This document shows, one piece after another, positions 62,814-64,000 of a stretch of DNA of 64,000 nt. The stretch is taken from contig NC_045697.1 of the NCBI RefSeq assembly GCF_009834535.1, positions 63,986,001-64,050,000 of the forward strand. The letters run 5' to 3'. Source of the stretch: Camelus ferus. Taxonomy: Eukaryota. Each line of letters starts with the position of its first letter. Positions within the stretch are counted from its first letter, which is position 1. The position numbers and the translations under genes were made by a program. Below the pieces are notes generated by a model, which worked only from the letters and a program-made list of their open reading frames with translations, was not told the origin of the DNA and made no database searches.

Positions 62814-63713
62814 CAGTTGACCATTGAACAATGTGAGAGTTAGGGGCACTGACCCCCTGAACAATCAAAAATACTCATATAATTTTTGATTCCCTCAAAC
62901 TTAACTACTAATAGCCTATCATTGACCATAAGCCTCACCAATAACAAATACTCAATTCACATATATTCTATATGTTATGTGTATAATACTCTTATAGTAA
63001 GGAAGCTAAAGCAAAACGTTATTTAAAAAATCATAAGAGAAAATACATTTACAGTAGTACTGTATTTATTGATACTGTAAGTTTACATCATCTATTCACA
63101 AGGTGAATCATCTGTCACTACCTACATCAGTATTGTCTTATATGATAAAAAACACTAATATTCTATGTATTAATAACACTAGACATCAAAAATGGAAAGA
63201 TAGTGTGAAAAAGTTTATATTTACTTACAGGTGTAACGATTTAAGCACTGTTATTAAAAAATATGATTGCTACATGGTAGCCTAGCCTATACACTAATGA
63301 GTAAATTGTTATAAAATGTTTATCGAATACAGTTTTACAGTCATATTCATAATACAATATTGGAAATAAAAAAACACTTACCTGTGAAAATAGATTGGAT
63401 AGCTGTTTTTACAGTTATGAGAGGGAGAGGCATACATGGTAATGGAATTCTTAGAAAGCAAAGTCAAAACAGAAAATTAACGGGTTATTAATTTCACATT
63501 AAATATTACCTTATGCCTATATAAGGAGGACTCACCTCTATATATATCTTATGCATTCATGACATTTTCATAATTTTTTGATATTTCAAGCCTATGCAGT
63601 TTATCATTAAGTTATTTCAAATTGTCCAAATCTCAAAAATTTTTCCAATGTGTTTATTGAAAAAAATCTGCATATAGTGGACCTGTGCATACTTATTGTT
63701 CAAGGGTCAACTG
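62814..63713 (+). mobile_element. Tigger2-family non-autonomous DNA transposon (900 bp)
   Basis: TIRs cagttgaccattgaacaa / ttgttcaagggtcaactg (18 bp, 1 mismatch). TA TSD at 62812-13 and 63714-15. Internal gttaggggcactgacccc and cttaactactaatagccta. Confidence 0.92.
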
Positions 63714-63754
63714 TAATACCTTTACCATAATATTCCTGGCGTAGTGCACTAACA

Positions 63755-64000
63755 TATTTCATTCTTTACATGTTGACAAAGTACTATGTATCAGCTCTAT
63801 GCTAGGCAGTGAAAATATAACTGCACAACATAAATGCAATTACTTTTCTTGTGGTTTCTGTGATCTGGTTGGATATAAAGAGTAGGCAGAAAATTGTATC
63901 ACTGTGACATGGCTGTCATGTTTATATGAGATACCATCAGAGCATTAAGGCACTTAATTTGAGGAGTTAGACAACGTTTCTTGGAAGAACTGATGTTTAT
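63755..64000 (-). mobile_element. L2 3' end (degenerate)
   Basis: tactatgtatcagctctatgctaggcagtgaaaatata...cagagcattaaggcacttaatt. Confidence 0.6.

Noticed and set aside
1..64000. ORF-track ORFs as host genes; prokaryotic systems (operons, CRISPR)
   Set aside because: The ORFs are short, many start at non-ATG codons, and they are low-complexity or L1/Tigger fragments. The sequence is mammalian repeat-rich DNA with no repeat-spacer array.

Overview
AT-rich, CpG-poor mammalian genomic DNA, almost certainly camelid. Evidence: a vic-1-type tRNA-Ala-derived SINE at 18185-18334 and short L1 3' tails of camelid/cetartiodactyl type. No host protein-coding exon could be supported. Every recognisable ORF in the track is a decayed L1 ORF1/ORF2 or Tigger1 transposase fragment. 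The window looks like a large intron or gene desert filled with L1 (mostly minus strand, with several nested insertions and TSDs), L2, MIR, solo LTRs (MLT1, MLT2, LTR33, MER41-like ERV1) and Tc1/mariner-Tigger elements (full-length Tigger1, Tigger5/MER47, Tigger2 derivative). The strongest unexplained signal is a 53-bp inverted repeat in apparently unique sequence (60801-60853 / 61347-61399; 49/53 Watson-Crick pairs; 493-nt spacer). Its right arm sits just inside a good + strand 3' splice acceptor, so it is a candidate long-range RNA duplex affecting editing or splicing. Also notable: a MER41-like LTR with a STAT6-type spacing at its GAS position, and a TSD-flanked chimeric L1 tail. Repeat families were recognised from memory of consensus sequences, not by search. 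Boundaries of old repeats are approximate.
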